Below are positions 1 through 11,980 of a stretch of DNA of 64,000 bases, in pieces. The first letter of the stretch is position 1, and every line of letters starts with the position of its first letter. The DNA lies in the NCBI GenBank assembly GCA_965203295.1, contig CBDBCZ010000018.1, forward strand, positions 2,272,001 to 2,336,000, written 5' to 3'. The notes below the pieces were generated by a model. It did no database searches. It was not told where the DNA came from and saw nothing but the letters and a program-made list of their open reading frames with translations. The position numbers and the translations under genes were made by a program. The DNA comes from Nitrospirales bacterium (GTDB lineage: Bacteria > Nitrospirota > Nitrospiria > Nitrospirales > UBA8639).

Positions 1-483
1 TGTTCTTACCCTGTCTGACATTAACATTATAAAGCTGTCCACTGCAAATCTTTGTAAAGGTTCAACTCCACCACTTGCTATGTACATACCCTATAGCAAT
101 TGAAAGATTGATAAGTTGTCATTAATTGCGTGTGCAAGAGTTATATGGTAGACACCTACAACAACTCCATTAATAATCAGTAGCACTTAAAGTTACGTAT
201 CGTAGTATAATAGAGAATGTGCAGCAGATTGCCATACAATCAGGTATGCTGGCCACAAAAAAAAAATTAGACCCAAATTCTTTGACCCATACGTATATCC
301 CAGCTCTAGTTTAGTCAGTTGATTTTGTATTGTGAGTCTGCGCCATGCACTCCACCTTCATGTCCATCTCCAGGCTACAATTCTTCCCTTAGCTTGGTAA
401 AGTACTCCCTCTCTTTCTCCACCTCTGCACACTCATCTTGCAGCCTTTGTGAAAATACAGTGAAATACGTAGAGTGATGTGTG
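1..483. repeat. Diverged direct duplicate of 56774-57273, containing a decayed coiled-coil exon on the minus strand
   Basis: Colinear match, e.g. ctgtctgacattaacattataaagct...tttgacccatacgtatatcccagctctagtttagtcagttgattttgtattgtgagtctg in both copies. This copy has TAG where the 57 kb copy has CAG (..LREEL* vs ..LREELQ). Confidence 0.9.
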
Positions 484-3094
484 ATTGTATTGTAATCTGC
501 TGCACATTCTCTGCACTAGCACATCCCAGCACATCACAGTACAGGAATACCATGCCATGTAAGAATATTATGCATGTATAATGTCATGTGTCAATTAAAA
601 CCACAGAGGCTCTCTACCGAGTTCCAGTGAATACTCAGGGTCAGTGTAGTATAAAGTACATGGACTTTCCCTACATTGCTTTGGATGTGAATTGCAGTTA
701 AAGACTGAACAGTGGAGTAGCAGTTTGTGATAAGATTGCATTTGGGAGTTTAAAAGTAGAGTAAGCCACTGATGATCGGCCACCAGGTATATTCCGACGC
801 GCTAGCGCCGAGCGCGTAAATTACTGGAAGTGGGCGCACTTCGGGTTGAAAGTTTGGTGTTTCTCCGTGTCTTGGTTCTCGAGCTATAGCCTTCCAAAGT
901 TGAAATTCGGACACAGCTATGATCGGACAAAAGTAAGTATTGCCGGACACCGCTCCGTGTTTCCTCCCTGAAGCAACTTTTGGTGATCTTTCTTCATTAT
1001 TGGGAGGCCCCACTACCGTACTGCTGCACGCCAAGTTTTCGCCATCGTAGCTGCTTTGAGCACGGAGGGGTGTTATTGAATGTAGAGCCGTGTCACCCTC
1101 TCTATAATCGGACAGTGGATTTTGTCTTTTTTCGGTGTAAGGACGCCAAAACACTCTCCAAACGCTAGGATTTGGATATCGTTGGAAAGTACAGACACTT
1201 AGCAACGCAACGGTGCAAGCCCGATATTCATATGTCGTATGGTTCTCTTTGGAGCTATTACACCCCCCCGGATGCTACATTTTGTTACAGTGAACTAATT
1301 AATGCATGTGGCCCTGCATGTGAATGCACAAGGGATAATGGTAATTATTAATAGTCACCCACACCATGGGTTTTGGGGTATGTAGTGGCCCCACCAGTGA
1401 CATGGCTGCTTCTTTTACAGTACTTACAGCATGTGATTGCTTAGCAATCCAAAGAATCTGTAGGGCTTTGAGGTTTGAGGTTTGCATGATTGTCTGCAAA
1501 GCCAAGCTGTAAATCATGCTAGAGCTTTGATGTAATTCAATTCCCATGGGAAAGGTTTACAGAGACTCCTTGGGGAAGCTGCATTCCCATGCACACAAGT
1601 TAGCAAGGCTTTTTTTTTTAAATGCCAGTATAGGCCCATGCATGCAGTAAAAAAATTATGCACTCAGAGTACTTATTATCAATACAATACAAGGTTTGGG
1701 GTGAGAAGTGTCTTACTGACCCTGAGGCCAAAATTTGCAATTGACTAGGAGATTTGTACCTGGAGGCACACGCTACAACTTCAGTATATCTCATGAAGAT
1801 TTTATTATAATTAGGTATAATTAGGTATATACTTTGGATTGCTAATTTAAAACAATATTGTTACTGTAGTAATATTGCTGTGAAAATCACATAATATATA
1901 TAGCTTGGGTAGTATCATGAATATATATGCATATAGTGATGAGAAATACACAATTGATTAAGAATTACTCGGCTTTTGTCAGAGTACATGCATGCTTGCA
2001 GTATTCCATTGCACTGCCTTAAATCACCTTATAATTGTAGTTCTAAGATATTGTACCAAAAATGTTCAAAAATAATCATTAAAATTTTATGGTCTGACAG
2101 CGCTAGCTGCATGTATTCTGCCACCGATTTATGCACCAGAAAGCTGGGAGTGCATGGAACTAGTGCAATATGTTTCAAAGTTTTTTGTTATTGTTTTTTT
2201 TTTTCCTGTTCTTTTTTCTGAGGAGGCTACACCCTGCATGCAGCTATAATATAGCGCTGTCAGACCATAACGATGCACACCGCATGCATATGCATGCATT
2301 AATGAAGATTCAAGACAGCAAAATCGACTCACCTGACATAGTTCTTTTCGGATAACTACCAGCAACTTGCGATACGAACCGGCGTACGCGTGTTCTGTTA
2401 CCGATTTAGAACCCATGCAGGGACAGCCGCAGTTGGACTAGGATTTTCACTTCTGTCAGCTAGCTCCGGGACCGGGGTTAGCGAAACGGCGAGCTGCAGC
2501 CACTCTTCCACTGATTGCGGTGAAAAGACTGCATGTGCAGTGCTATATACTATACATTGTATGCACACAATCTCGTAAAATTCCCCCGGCGGGCGACGCC
2601 ACATGTATGAACGGCGGGTGACGCGGCATGTAGGCGTTATACGTTGCTCGAGATCTATTTCGGGAACCAAATACAAATTCAAACCCTCAGAGAATTCGGT
2701 TCAAACGTAGGTATTTACCTAATAGTGTGAATTTTTAAGGAATCATGGCTGGAAAGAAGCGAAAGCTCCCTAGAGACCTGTCGGAAGCCGAGGTACTTGT
2801 CCGAACGGAAAAGTTGTCCATTTCTACAATAACCGCGGCTCGTCCATCACTGAGTGAAGTGACACTAAGTGATATCGGTGTAGCTCCATTGCGCAGCCTT
2901 AGTCCAGAGGAATTTATGGCATGGCTTGTAGCTAGGTTTGGGGTGAAGGAGTCGAAGAAGATTTGTTCTGTCGCTGCCAGTATACCGCCAACCTTAACTT
3001 CCGCACAACGCGATCGCTACATCCAGAAACATCTAGGATGGGTGTCTCTAATCGCTGGACTGGATTCTCCACTGGAACGAGGGACTGGAGCGTG

Positions 3095-3236
3095 GGACTG
3101 GACTGATCGACTGGAACGTGGGACTGGATTGATCGACTGGAACGTGGGACTGGCCTGATCGACTGGAACGTGGGACTGGCCTGATCGACTGGAACGTGGG
3201 ACTGGATTGATGGACTGGAACGTGGGACTGGATTGA
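3095..3236 (+). repeat. 26-bp minisatellite, about 5.5 copies (ggactggaytgatcgactggaacgtg-like)
   Basis: Units start at 3095, 3121, 3147, 3173 and 3199, with a partial unit at 3225; no spacers. Confidence 0.9.
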
Positions 3237-3697
3237 ATTACTCAACAAGAAATAGAAACTAACTACTGCCATTAGCGATGCGCAGAGAAAGAGACGCTCC
3301 CCCGTAGCCCCGCCTCCCAATTTACGTAAACATTCAAAAAAAAGAAATGCCCAAAAGTGGGGTGGATTATATTGCATGACAACGGATACGCTTGAGAACA
3401 TATTATAATACGCACGCCGCTCTTAGCTATGTGCCACGTGTGGAGTTGGAAGCTGAGGTCTATCAATTTTGACTTTGGACTATCGTATTAGTTTCTCATC
3501 CCCAGGCCCCGTTGAGCTCTTCGTTTTCTTTAATAGTGCGCTGTTGTGTTGGTAGACTTTATATAGTCGAGTCGAGTGAAGTATTTATTAGTTTGGGATG
3601 GCTGGAACTTCATCAAGCCCGATCCTTCTTTCCAGTGATGAGAGTCCGCGCTCTTCACCGGTCCAGTTGCTATCGCCTGTGAAAGTGGTTTAGCGGG

Positions 3698-4465
3698 CTG
3701 TCACTGGAATTTTGGTCCTGGAAAAAATGGTCCTAGGACCAAAATTTCCGCTGGAAAAATTGGTCCCCCCCCCCCCGGACCATTTTTTTCCGGGTAAATT
3801 GGTCCTACCCTGAAAATTTTGGTCCGCCCATCAAGTTCTAGCAGAGTTGGTCTTACGTACCTTGAAAATTTGCTTATACATGACACTGTATGCATGGCAT
3901 AGTTAATATCAACCTTTAGTTTGACCATTAGGTAGTTTAATACAAAGGTATGAGACAGTGTCTCAGTCACAGGCACCGATATCCTACAAACTGATTGCAG
4001 TATAGCTACACCGGGAATTTGTCTACTGACTGTAAAGTCGATTCTGTGGCCCGTTACAGCTTGCATGCTGTATGAAATCATTGACATCTTCCTTCTCTCG
4101 AAGCAGTTCCACAGATGACGAAGCATTTTCCCTTGGTCGAAGTGGTACTGACCTGGGAGCTACAAAATGTATAGATCTAGCTATATACGCTCACGGCAAG
4201 CTTACGACAAAGCTATTGACGGTAGCCGTAGGCTATGACAACAAACAAGCCAATACAATATACTCAATCATGTAGCCATCCACCTTAGTGTAGTAGTTCA
4301 CTCTATCAAGCGGAAATACAGTAGCAGACAGAATTCGCTTATGGCGCAGATCGGACCATTATTTTCACGGGGGGACCAAAATTTTCAGGAAAAAATGGTC
4401 CGCCCGGACCGGTAATTTTGGTCCCCCGGACCAATTTTTCCGCCGGACCAAAATTTCCGTGACAG
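3698..4465. mobile_element. Non-autonomous TIR element (MITE) with GGACC/GGTCC-rich subterminal repeats
   Basis: Inverted termini ctgtcactggaattttggtcc (3698) and ggaccaaaatttccgtgacag (ends 4465). No matching TSD. Confidence 0.85.
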
Positions 4466-6372
4466 TACAATGCCTCGGATGGCAGCTGTCAGGTGATAGG
4501 TATTGGTGGGTATCAGTTGGCTTAGTGAACAGATCTGTTTGAGTGGTCTCTCCATCTAGAATGACGGTAGTGTCCAGGAAGGAGACCTGTGTGGTAGACC
4601 ATTCCGCAGTGAACTTGATGGTCTGATGAAAGATGTTGATCTGTTTGAGAAAGGACTCCAGCTCGTCTTGTCCACCGGTCCAGATGGCAAAAACATCATC
4701 TATGTATCTCCACCATAGAATAGGTCGAGTTGCTGTCCACGCCAACAAGGCTTCCTCCAGGTCAGCCATAAAGATGTTGGCATATGATGGTGCCATCCTT
4801 GTGCCCATGGCGGTACCCTGGGTCTGTAGGTAATGCTCTCCATTGAACGCAAAGTTGTTCAGTTCGAGGAACTGTCTAATCATCCGAACCAAATAAGTGG
4901 TGGGTGGGGCTGGTGAGGAGCGTGTCTGCAGGGCCCATTTGCAAGCTTGTATTCCCTCTTCATGTGGAATGTTAGTGTACAAGGAGCACACATCCAGCGT
5001 AACCAAGAAAGATCCCAGTGGTAGAGGTCCCAACGATGATAGCTTCCTTAAGAAGTCAGACGTGTCCTTTATGTAGGATGGCGCCTGCACGACAAGGGGG
5101 CGTAGGTAGTAGTCGACGAACTCAGAAATGCGTTCAGTTGGAGCTGCACATGACGATACGATGGGTCTACCTGGGTTTCCCTGTTTGTGGATCTTTGGCA
5201 GGTGATAAAACCGGGCAGTGCGGGGGTTGGTTGGAGTGAGGTACTTAAACGTATCCTTGCTGATGTGATCTCCTTTGAACATCTCTAGAACGAGTTCCCT
5301 GACTTGTTCCGTATGTTGAGCCGTGGGGTCCAAGTCAAGCTTCCGGTAGTATCTCGTATCTGAGAGCTGACGGTAGGCTTCAGCCATATATGCTTCCTTG
5401 CTCAGCACCACTATCGCAGATCCTTTGTCCGCAGGCTTTATGATGATGTCTGAACGGTTTCTCAGTTGGGTTAACGCTTGACGCTGAATGTGTGTGAGGT
5501 TGTCTTTTCTCCGGATGGATCTGGAAAGACCCCAGGCATCCCTCTCTACTGCTTTCAAGTAGGTTTCAATCTCTGGGATCCTATTCTTCGGGGGCGACCA
5601 CTTGCTTTTCTCTACGAATCGCCTGCTGTCTCGATAGTCATTTTCAGCTTCACTGGAACCTGGGTCATAAAAGAACTCTCTAAGCCTTATTCTGCGACCG
5701 AAACTCTCCAGATCCTGCTTCAACTGAAAACGATTGATTCTCGGGGGCTTTGGGACAAACTTCAGGCCTTTGGACAATAGACTCAACTCGGATGAGGAGA
5801 GATCCTTGCCCGACAGGTTCACAACAGTTCGGGATGGTGGGTTATTGTCTCGAAGTGTGGGAGGGGCTCGTGGGCGTAGACGCCGCGTTCTCGCTGTCAG
5901 TCTAGACTTCTCGAGGTTGATCAATTTGTTTTCTTTCTCTCTTCTAACCTGTTTTCCAGACTCTTCATTTTGTTGTCAAGTATCGTGAGGGCTCTTGCTG
6001 ACGCGCTGCCCGGACTGGAGTGAACCAACTCTCGTTCCAAGTGACCGATCTCATTGTGCAGCTTGTTACAGGTTTGCTTGTAGTGTTCTTTCAGTAGGCC
6101 CACGAGTTTGATCTGTGTCGCTTTGATGACCTTCTTCCATTTGGATCTTAGATGTCTCGTTGGATCAGCGCTTCTAGAGGCAACTTTATAATCAGGCCTT
6201 GTGGTGTGATGTTTCTATTAGAGGTCTTCTTTAAGAAATCTAGATGAGAGCCGTGTTTTGCTTTTTTCTCCTTCAGTGTTCTCAACTTCTTCCATGTTGA
6301 CGAATGTAATAATGTATCAAGATGGGCTGGATCCCCGTGAAGAAATTTTACGGCATTCGGTGGGTGGGTCAT
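4466..6372 (-). pseudogene. Penelope-like element (PLE) reverse transcriptase ORF, two frameshifts, 3' truncated
   Basis: Motifs VVNLS..LS..E..LLSKGLKF, KPADKG, FYHLPKIHK..PGRPIVS, LDVCSLYTNIP, GTAMG, WWRYIDD, FLD, KPTD..YL...SCHP. N-terminus lies in offset frames (6148-6372, 5921-6103). ORF is cut by the MITE right after HPRHCT. Confidence 0.93.
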
Positions 6373-6472
6373 AGTAGTCGCTTTTTATTAATCCGAAACC
6401 TGTAACAGCCGATATCTCTACCGAAGATTGTGATACTGATATGTACAATTCGTGGAGGAGTGCTAATCGCGG

Positions 6473-6596
6473 TTAGTGGCGGCCCACTTCAACTTGCAGG
6501 ATCATTCCCTAGACGATCTAAAAGTAATGGGGATTGAAAAGATCTGGAATAATGACACCGACAGACGGAAATTGAGGGAGCGCTTTTGGATATTAG
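6473..6596 (+). mobile_element. PLE inverted pseudo-LTR, left part (GIY-YIG endonuclease C-terminus)
   Basis: Translates LVAAHFNLQDHSLDDLKVMGIEKIWNNDTDRRKLRERFWIL and continues in frame at 14962. Confidence 0.88.
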
Positions 6597-6835
6597 ATTA
6601 TAGTAGTAGCGTACTCATATGCTCTATGATTTGCGACCTAACAGTTTGTTAGCTGACTGTTTGTCAGTGCTGACGTCAGAGAACTTTACGGGACATAATA
6701 ATTTTCACCCATGCTCGTTCGCTGACTGTTTCTCAGTGCTGACGTCAGAGAACTTCACACGACATTATAAATACATGCATATAATGGCACACGCACGTTT
6801 CGGAGTAAGCTGCACATGTGCACATATGCTGTATT

Positions 6836-7140
6836 GTGTGTGTGTGTGGGGGGGGGTCTCTATTTTCCTGACAAGGAAGAATTTTTCTGACAGATGACTG
6901 TAAGTACTATATGCACACATTGTGTGTACATGTATGTGTAATGTATTGTGTGTATGTGTAGTGTATTGTGTGTGTGCCATGTGTGCTGGTGGGGGGGGGT
7001 CTCTATTTTCCTGACAAGCCTGAAATTTCCTGACAGATGACTGCTACAGTACATATGCATAATATTATGTGTATAATAGTGTGCATGTGTGTGGGGGGGG
7101 GGGGTCTATTTTCCTGACAACTGTACATTTTCCTGACACA
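6836..7140 (-). repeat. Left subterminal array (polyG-tctctattttcctgacaa...ttttcctgaca units with TG-rich linkers)
   Basis: Three units; reverse complement of the array at 9977-10465. Confidence 0.85.
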
Positions 7141-7409
7141 ACTGCATACCATGACCATATATGTATAAATTTAGTGGGGGTGCATTTTTGAATGGCTTCC
7201 TGGCACAACTGGATACATCATGTATGGCTACATGTGTGCATGTAGCAGTAATATTTAATATATTGCAGGGGGGCTAACAACAAAGATTGTTCTCACAAGC
7301 CTAAACATCAACACTAAACATCAACAAAATGCATACAAGATTATAACAGTCACAAAATTAATGTATAAACACACACATAAAATAATAGCTATACTTTCTG
7401 CATGTCGTA

Positions 7410-9960
7410 CTATTTTTTTACCTTTGGCAGAATAGGTTTTTTGCCATGCAGATAACACTTTGCAGTATAACTGTTCCGCCTCCTAATCATCCTATGTAAA
7501 TAAAACAGGTGGTGTGTCTTAGTCATTGCACATACGTTATGTTTAAATCGTGCAAGCCAAACAAAAGTCTGTTCCCCAGCTTGTGTGTTGAAGTTCGGAT
7601 GTCTGTCTTTTAGTGATTGTGGAGAGTAATCAATCTGGCACTGCTGAATGTGGTTTCTAAGGTGAAATGAATCAATTACTTTATTAATGTGAAGCCACAT
7701 ACGATCGAATGGCGGTGCTAAGGGAAGGGGTGTGCGGGAAATAATAAGACGGCAAATGTTGCAAATGTTGTCATATGCTAGATACATAGCACTGGGCTTG
7801 AGTGTCGAATCAGATTGAAGGACAGCCATCAGCCATGTCAATAGGATAAAAAAAACTTGGGTTGGAGATTCAGATCTGTAAACAACAACAGCAGCACTAA
7901 TGACATGTGAACAAATTTAAAGTTAAGGTATAGTACTATTTACTTGAAAAGAGGTTGCCAAGCCTCTATATGACCACCAGCACGTACGATGAACTGGTGA
8001 CCTCTTGACCAACGACGAAGCCGTTTGCTTCCACCAGTATTCTTGGTGCATGTAGGATTATCAGCAGGTGAGTTCACATCAGGGAGAAGTTCTGGGTGTT
8101 GGCTGAGAAGCTGTGCTGTACCTGCATGCAATTTGTAAAATGTATATAGTCTAATAATATTATATGTAGCAATACACAATGGGTATATACACCTAATTAG
8201 CTATGTCTGTTATCCGCAAACCTTGTGATATAGCAGCTGACTGTCCTACACTAGTAGCAGTAGCATCAAGGACCGCTTGAATCTGATCATCGTTTTCCTT
8301 GCTTATGTCTTCTGGGATGGGTTGGGCAACATCTGCAGGGCAAGTGAAGATACATGTATATAACCACAAAAAGTTATAACTGAGATATTTAATTACCTTT
8401 AAGTACTCCACAATGCTTAAGAAAATCCCGTACGCCAGTGGGTATTGGTGGAGACTGCTGTTGCAGTAGGTGGCAATGCTGCATGCAGAATGCCTGGCCA
8501 GGCAATGGTTGGTTTGTACATACATCTGGCAATGAAAGGCCTGGAATCTCCTTCACTTGATACTATTATGGTATACAGCAAAACAATCACTATTAATTTT
8601 ATGATGTGCATGAAACGTTGGGATAATAGCTATACCTTCACTTTGTGCATGCAGTGTGGGAAAGAAAGTTTCCAGATACCATCTGTTACCCACAGTGAGC
8701 CACATCCTACAATGGATAGGAATAAAATGCAGGCTATCCTCAGCGTCCATATATAATGGTATATATTACTGCAAGAATGTTTAGTTAAGCAACCAATGGA
8801 GTGGTTAGCCCAGTTGCTTGTAGTTAACACATTATACAAAAATGATTTATCGTGCCCTGACTATACTCTGTAATGTGGCTTCCACTCTACAGTTGACAAT
8901 TCTTCGTCTATATCATGCATACCTCGGTCACGGCATTCTTGCGTACAATTCTCTGGTGGGTGACAATAGAATGTTTGGGCTCTCATGCTTTCTATGTGCT
9001 GCATGAATGCTTCTCTGTCTGAATCTTCTTTGTAAGCAAAGTCTTGCAGTTTAAGGGCTGGATTCTCTTTAATGATGAGTCGGATCTCGCTCTCAATTTC
9101 ACCATTGTAAAAAGCCTCAGCAGCCAGATGAGGTGTGAGCTCTGTAACAGATTTGCATAATCCACATTAAAATTTATCCCATGGACTACACAGTGATGAC
9201 CCGCCATGCCGGCATACTGGTAAAAACCAAAACAGACATGACTATAATTCCTGTTTAACACTATGACTTATGGAATGTACACTATTCCTTGACTCTGATC
9301 ATGTGCCGTCTATGTTCATTGTCACCTAATAACCTTTGTAATTAGCAGTTACGTTGCAATTTGACCCAGACTTTCATTACAGTAGCACACTGGGTGTTTA
9401 TGGAGCTGTTTTACGGTCTAGTTTATTTTGTAAAGCCGTCCACTACAACACAATATGAAACTGAACCTACTAAAATACAACAAAAGTTCAAGTCATTGAT
9501 ACTGCAAAGCCCTGTTGCAATGTATCCCAAACTTTCATTTAACACAGTGTATTTGGTAGCTAGCTATATTACTATCAACAGTAACTGTTGCACTAACAGG
9601 CTGGACAGAAATATGCATGACATAATATATCGTACAGATAGCATGGCATGAGAGTACTAATGCTGAAGTTTATCAAACGTAGAATGAAAAGCATGCATGA
9701 ACACAAATCATAGATAATATATACTTACGGAAATATATATTATCTATGCACAAATAAACATAAACTGAATATCATACCATTTTCCTTGGAAAGGGAAAAA
9801 GTGTCATTGATGCTCTCGGCGAAGCCTTGAAAAGAGACCCAGGCATGATTCCTGCAATTGAGTGCATGGAGGCATTCAATGCAAAGATATACTGTCCAAT
9901 CCCCAACCACCTTTATATTATAAGAGACCTTGCAATGGTTCACCTTGGCCAACCTCCTCT
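7410..9960 (-). pseudogene. Multi-exon KDZ/CxC-type DDE transposase, probably defective
   Basis: GT-AG exons 8636-8706 (GCGSLWVTDGIWKLSFPHCM), 8397-8562 (DVCTNQP..QAFCMQHC), 8193-8332, 7944-8121 (WSRGHQFIVRAGGHI), 7410-7875 (SESPTQV..AYDNIC..IDSFHLRNH..C..YSP..NTQAGEQ). Apparent 1-nt loss near 8196. Upstream exons are degenerate and the upper boundary is approximate. Confidence 0.78.
9709..9748. mobile_element. 40-bp CATAGA...TCTATG palindromic insertion with 7-bp TSD cacaaat (putative P-element footprint)
   Basis: cacaaat[catagataatatatacttacggaaatatatattatctatg]cacaaat. Confidence 0.85.
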
Positions 9961-9976
9961 GACCTGTACATGTATG

Positions 9977-10465
9977 TGTCAGGAAACTATAGAGACCACC
10001 CCCTACTCTCTCCCATACACACGCAATACAGTGCACACATACATCTTCTGTCAGGAAAATGCTTCCTTGTCAGGAAAATAGAGACCCCCCCCACACCACA
10101 CACACACACACACACACACAATACACTACACATACACACAATGTGTGCATAATATAACTTAGTCATCTGTCAGGAAAATGCTTCCTTGTCAGGAAAATAG
10201 AGACCCCCCCCCCCCCCCCCCCCCCACACACCACACACACACATACAATACACTACACATACACACCATGTGTGCATAATATACATCTGTCAGGAAAATG
10301 CTTCCTTGTCAGGAAAATAGAGTGTCAGGAAAATGGTTCCTTGTCAGGAAAATAGATAGCCCCCCCCCCCCCCCCACACACACACAGTCACACACAATAC
10401 ACTACACCTACACAGTCATACACATAATGTGTGCATTTAGTACTACAGCCATCTGTCAGAAAATG
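9977..10465 (+). repeat. Right subterminal array (tgtcaggaaaat...tgtcaggaaaatagagacccc + CA-rich units)
   Basis: At least four units, inverted relative to 6836-7140. Confidence 0.85.
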
Positions 10466-11980
10466 CTTTCTTGTCAATTCGTGTTCACCAGTGTACTGTT
10501 CATGGTGGTGGAGCTGGGAATAGCACCATTTTTCTGTTAATCGGAGGAGGAGTAGTTATGTCATGGGGCATCAGCTATTCTTCTGTTGATCGGTTGGTCA
10601 CTAATCCCAGGGTAATAGCAGTCGTCACTCCTTCGTGGCTCCAAACTTATAGAGGTAGCTAGATATACGACGAACTTTCAATGACATCAGACCTGATCAG
10701 CACAAATGATGCTGTAACTCCATGCACACGCGCGCATGTATGGATTTACTGACGTCAGTACTGACGTCCAGATACCTTGCAGGATCAGTGGTCGCAAATC
10801 AATGGTTATATCGAGCGTACTAGCCAATCAAATCGCTAGAAATGAGGTCAATAATGTAGGTTAAAGCACGCGCGTGCACGTGCACGAACGCGTGCCTAGC
10901 AACCTCGGTGGCGTAGCAACGCGTATAAAATCGTTCAGCCGTTGCCATGCTCACAGTCGCTTCAATATTCAGCATGGAGAGGAGTACGCTAATGCGAGTG
11001 GAGGTAGTGGACGGCACAGAAGAGCTCGAATTGACTAAACGGCGTTTGCGTTGTGCTAAAGAGTGAATTTACATCGCTGAAGCTGTTGCCTTGCGCCAGT
11101 CAAGGCCAACGCGTTCGGCCCGCAGCGTTGGCAGCGACTCCAGGGACGTTCCAAGAGCGCTACAAAACCCAGAGACTCTTTAATCAGCACCTTCACTCGA
11201 GTGGCTCACCCTCTGAACACGCATCTTGCAAGACATGTACAGCTATCGCCGAACTAGCTCTCAAGACTGCTACCTTCGAACACTGTAGCCTTGCGTAGCC
11301 AGCCCATATCATGCAAGGCTCCTAATGAACACTGTAGCAGTATTATTACTATTTCTGTGTACATGCATTGCTTGTTGTAGTGTTGTATTGCTAATTTTTT
11401 TACAAAATACAGGAGCGAACTATAATCTAAGTCAGTTAGTGCACCCAAATACTCGGGCTCAACCTCCATTATTGACCTCGGAAAGTAATTTTCCCTCGGA
11501 AGGTCTCGGGCAAAGCCCTCGACCTTCCTCGGGGAAAATTACTTTCCTCGGTCAATAAGTATAGGATAGACCACGTCACAGCGGAGGATATGCGCCTATA
11601 TATCCTCCGCGGATGCGGTTTTACCCGAGGCGCAGCCGAGGGATAAAACCGTATCCAAGGAGGATATTTTGGGCGCATATCCTCCGCTGGGGCGTGGTCT
11701 ATCTGACTTATCCCACTACTGCGCATGTGCGTAACTATCGTGAAGTAGCCGGAGGTTATGTTACTAATACGTAACTAAGGCAGTACAGAACTGTAGGATA
11801 TGCGCCTATCCTCCTGCTCTCATCCAATAAAATGTATTAGAGATGATGTAATGTGGGATAAGTATAGGATAGACTACACCAAAGAGTGGGTTATGCGCCT
11901 ATGTAACCCACGAGTTTGTGGTTATCCCGAGGCGAAGCCGAGGGATAAATGTAAACAAGTGGGTTATAGCGCATAACACA

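Larger units (their letters stand above)
6622..10801 (-). mobile_element. KDZ (Kyakuja-Dileera-Zisupton)-type DNA transposon with long inverted repeat arms
   Basis: 12-bp perfect IR tgatttgcgacc (6627) / ggtcgcaaatca (10790), inverted tcagtgctgacgtcag-like motifs, inverted minisatellite arms and an internal spliced transposase-like gene. Confidence 0.7.
6597..11426. mobile_element. Non-autonomous element (Crypton-like, tentative) hosting the KDZ transposon
   Basis: Inverted ends (ttag)attatagt at 6593-6604 and actataat(ctaa) at 11419-11430. Its sequence gcgtactcatatg / atggttatatcgagcgtac is interrupted by 6622-10801. Confidence 0.6.

Noticed and set aside
3095..3236. CRISPR-like array
   Set aside because: Units are contiguous with no unique spacers, there are no cas genes, and the context is eukaryotic.
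2745..3401. 137-aa and 117-aa ORFs as genes
   Set aside because: They run into the minisatellite and show no recognisable domain.
4365..4465. C-terminal ~33 aa of the 519-aa RT ORF
   Set aside because: Read-through into the MITE, not PLE protein.
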